Source: a bacterium (GTDB taxonomy: Bacteria; UBA8248; JACPRG01; G963555815). Taken from it: 64,000 bases of DNA. The translations under genes were made by a program, and so were the position numbers. The DNA lies in NCBI GenBank assembly GCA_965261595.1, contig CBDHDG010000006.1, positions 192,001-256,000 of the forward strand, in the 5' to 3' direction. Positions 63,446-64,000 of this stretch are shown piece after piece. Each line of letters starts with the position of its first letter. Positions within the stretch are counted from its first letter, which is position 1. A model generated the notes under the pieces. The model ran no database searches. It had not been told where the DNA came from and saw only the letters and a program-made list of their open reading frames with translations.

Positions 63446-64000
63446 AGAAAAATTTACTCATGGCCGGATCGGTTCTTGCCGTTTTATTGATTGGAGCACC
63501 CGACCGGCTCGTCTCCGCCAAGTTGCGCGAGACCTTGTCCGCACAGGCACAAAAGCCCTCGAACCGGGACCGTAAGGAGCGCCTGATGAAGGCCCTGAAA
63601 GAATTGAACAACCCGGACCCGGACACCCGGCAAAGCGCCGTCGAGCACCTGGGTCAGATGGGCGATATGTCGGTGGTTGAGCCGCTGGCCTCCTCGTTGG
63701 CCGACGCCCACCCGGAAGTCCGCGCCCAGGCCGAAAAGTCGATGTGGCTGATCTGGCTCCGCTCCGGCGAGCCGGAGACGGACAAGATCCTCTACCTCGG
63801 CATGGAGCTCATAGCGGCGGGGCAGCTTCAGAACGCCATCCATGCGTTCACACGCGTGATCGAGCGCGCGCCGAATTTCGCGGAAGGGTACAACAAACGG
63901 GCGACCGCGTTCTATCTGGCCGGCCAGTTCGAGAAATCCATCGTCGACTGCGACGCCACGATCCGGATGAATCCCCACCATTTCGGGGCCCTGTTCGGAA
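63442..64000 (+). CDS. HEAT-repeat + TPR protein (3' end outside window)
   Basis: TRQSAVEHLG...VRAQAE; APNFAEGYNKRAT...PHHFGAL. Confidence 0.75.
   Translation, partial: MKKNLLMAGSVLAVLLIGAPDRLVSAKLRETLSAQAQKPSNRDRKERLMKALKELNNPDPDTRQSAVEHLGQMGDMSVVEPLASSLADAHPEVRAQAEKSMWLIWLRSGEPETDKILYLGMELIAAGQLQNAIHAFTRVIERAPNFAEGYNKRATAFYLAGQFEKSIVDCDATIRMNPHHFGALFG

Overview
GC-rich bacterial window from an organism that uses selenocysteine. It opens inside selB and contains two in-frame UGA-recoded selenoprotein genes that the ORF track splits: an iodothyronine-deiodinase-like thioredoxin-fold gene convergent with selB (also broken by an IS3 insertion) and an OsmC/Ohr-like gene. Each has a SECIS-like hairpin right after the UGA. 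About 1-19.7 kb is metabolic and housekeeping: an M48 protease, thiL, a Gfo/Idh/MocA oxidoreductase, a DsbA-like protein, an uncharacterised operon (two paralogous ferritin-like diiron proteins, two small unknown proteins, two CsgG-like proteins), a Rieske oxygenase, a GMC oxidoreductase, hydrolases, RidA and an amidohydrolase. About 19.8-52.4 kb is a decayed, IS-saturated accessory region that ends at the 3' end of tRNA-Leu(CAG). It holds four of six near-identical IS3 copies, several IS1380 elements (one composite unit splits a Rieske ferredoxin), IS1595, IS21 and RAYT remnants, a second Rieske oxygenase, a Slam translocon with its surface lipoprotein among dRS3-like repeats, a TAXI-TRAP transporter and an SH3-caspase-PEGA-FGE protein. 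About 52.7-64 kb holds a cNMP-patatin gene, an IS-split plsC and an RDD-histidine kinase/response regulator/sigma54 activator cluster. Many single-base frameshifts fall in homopolymers and may be sequencing errors. All product calls come from motifs recognised by eye; no database searches were run.
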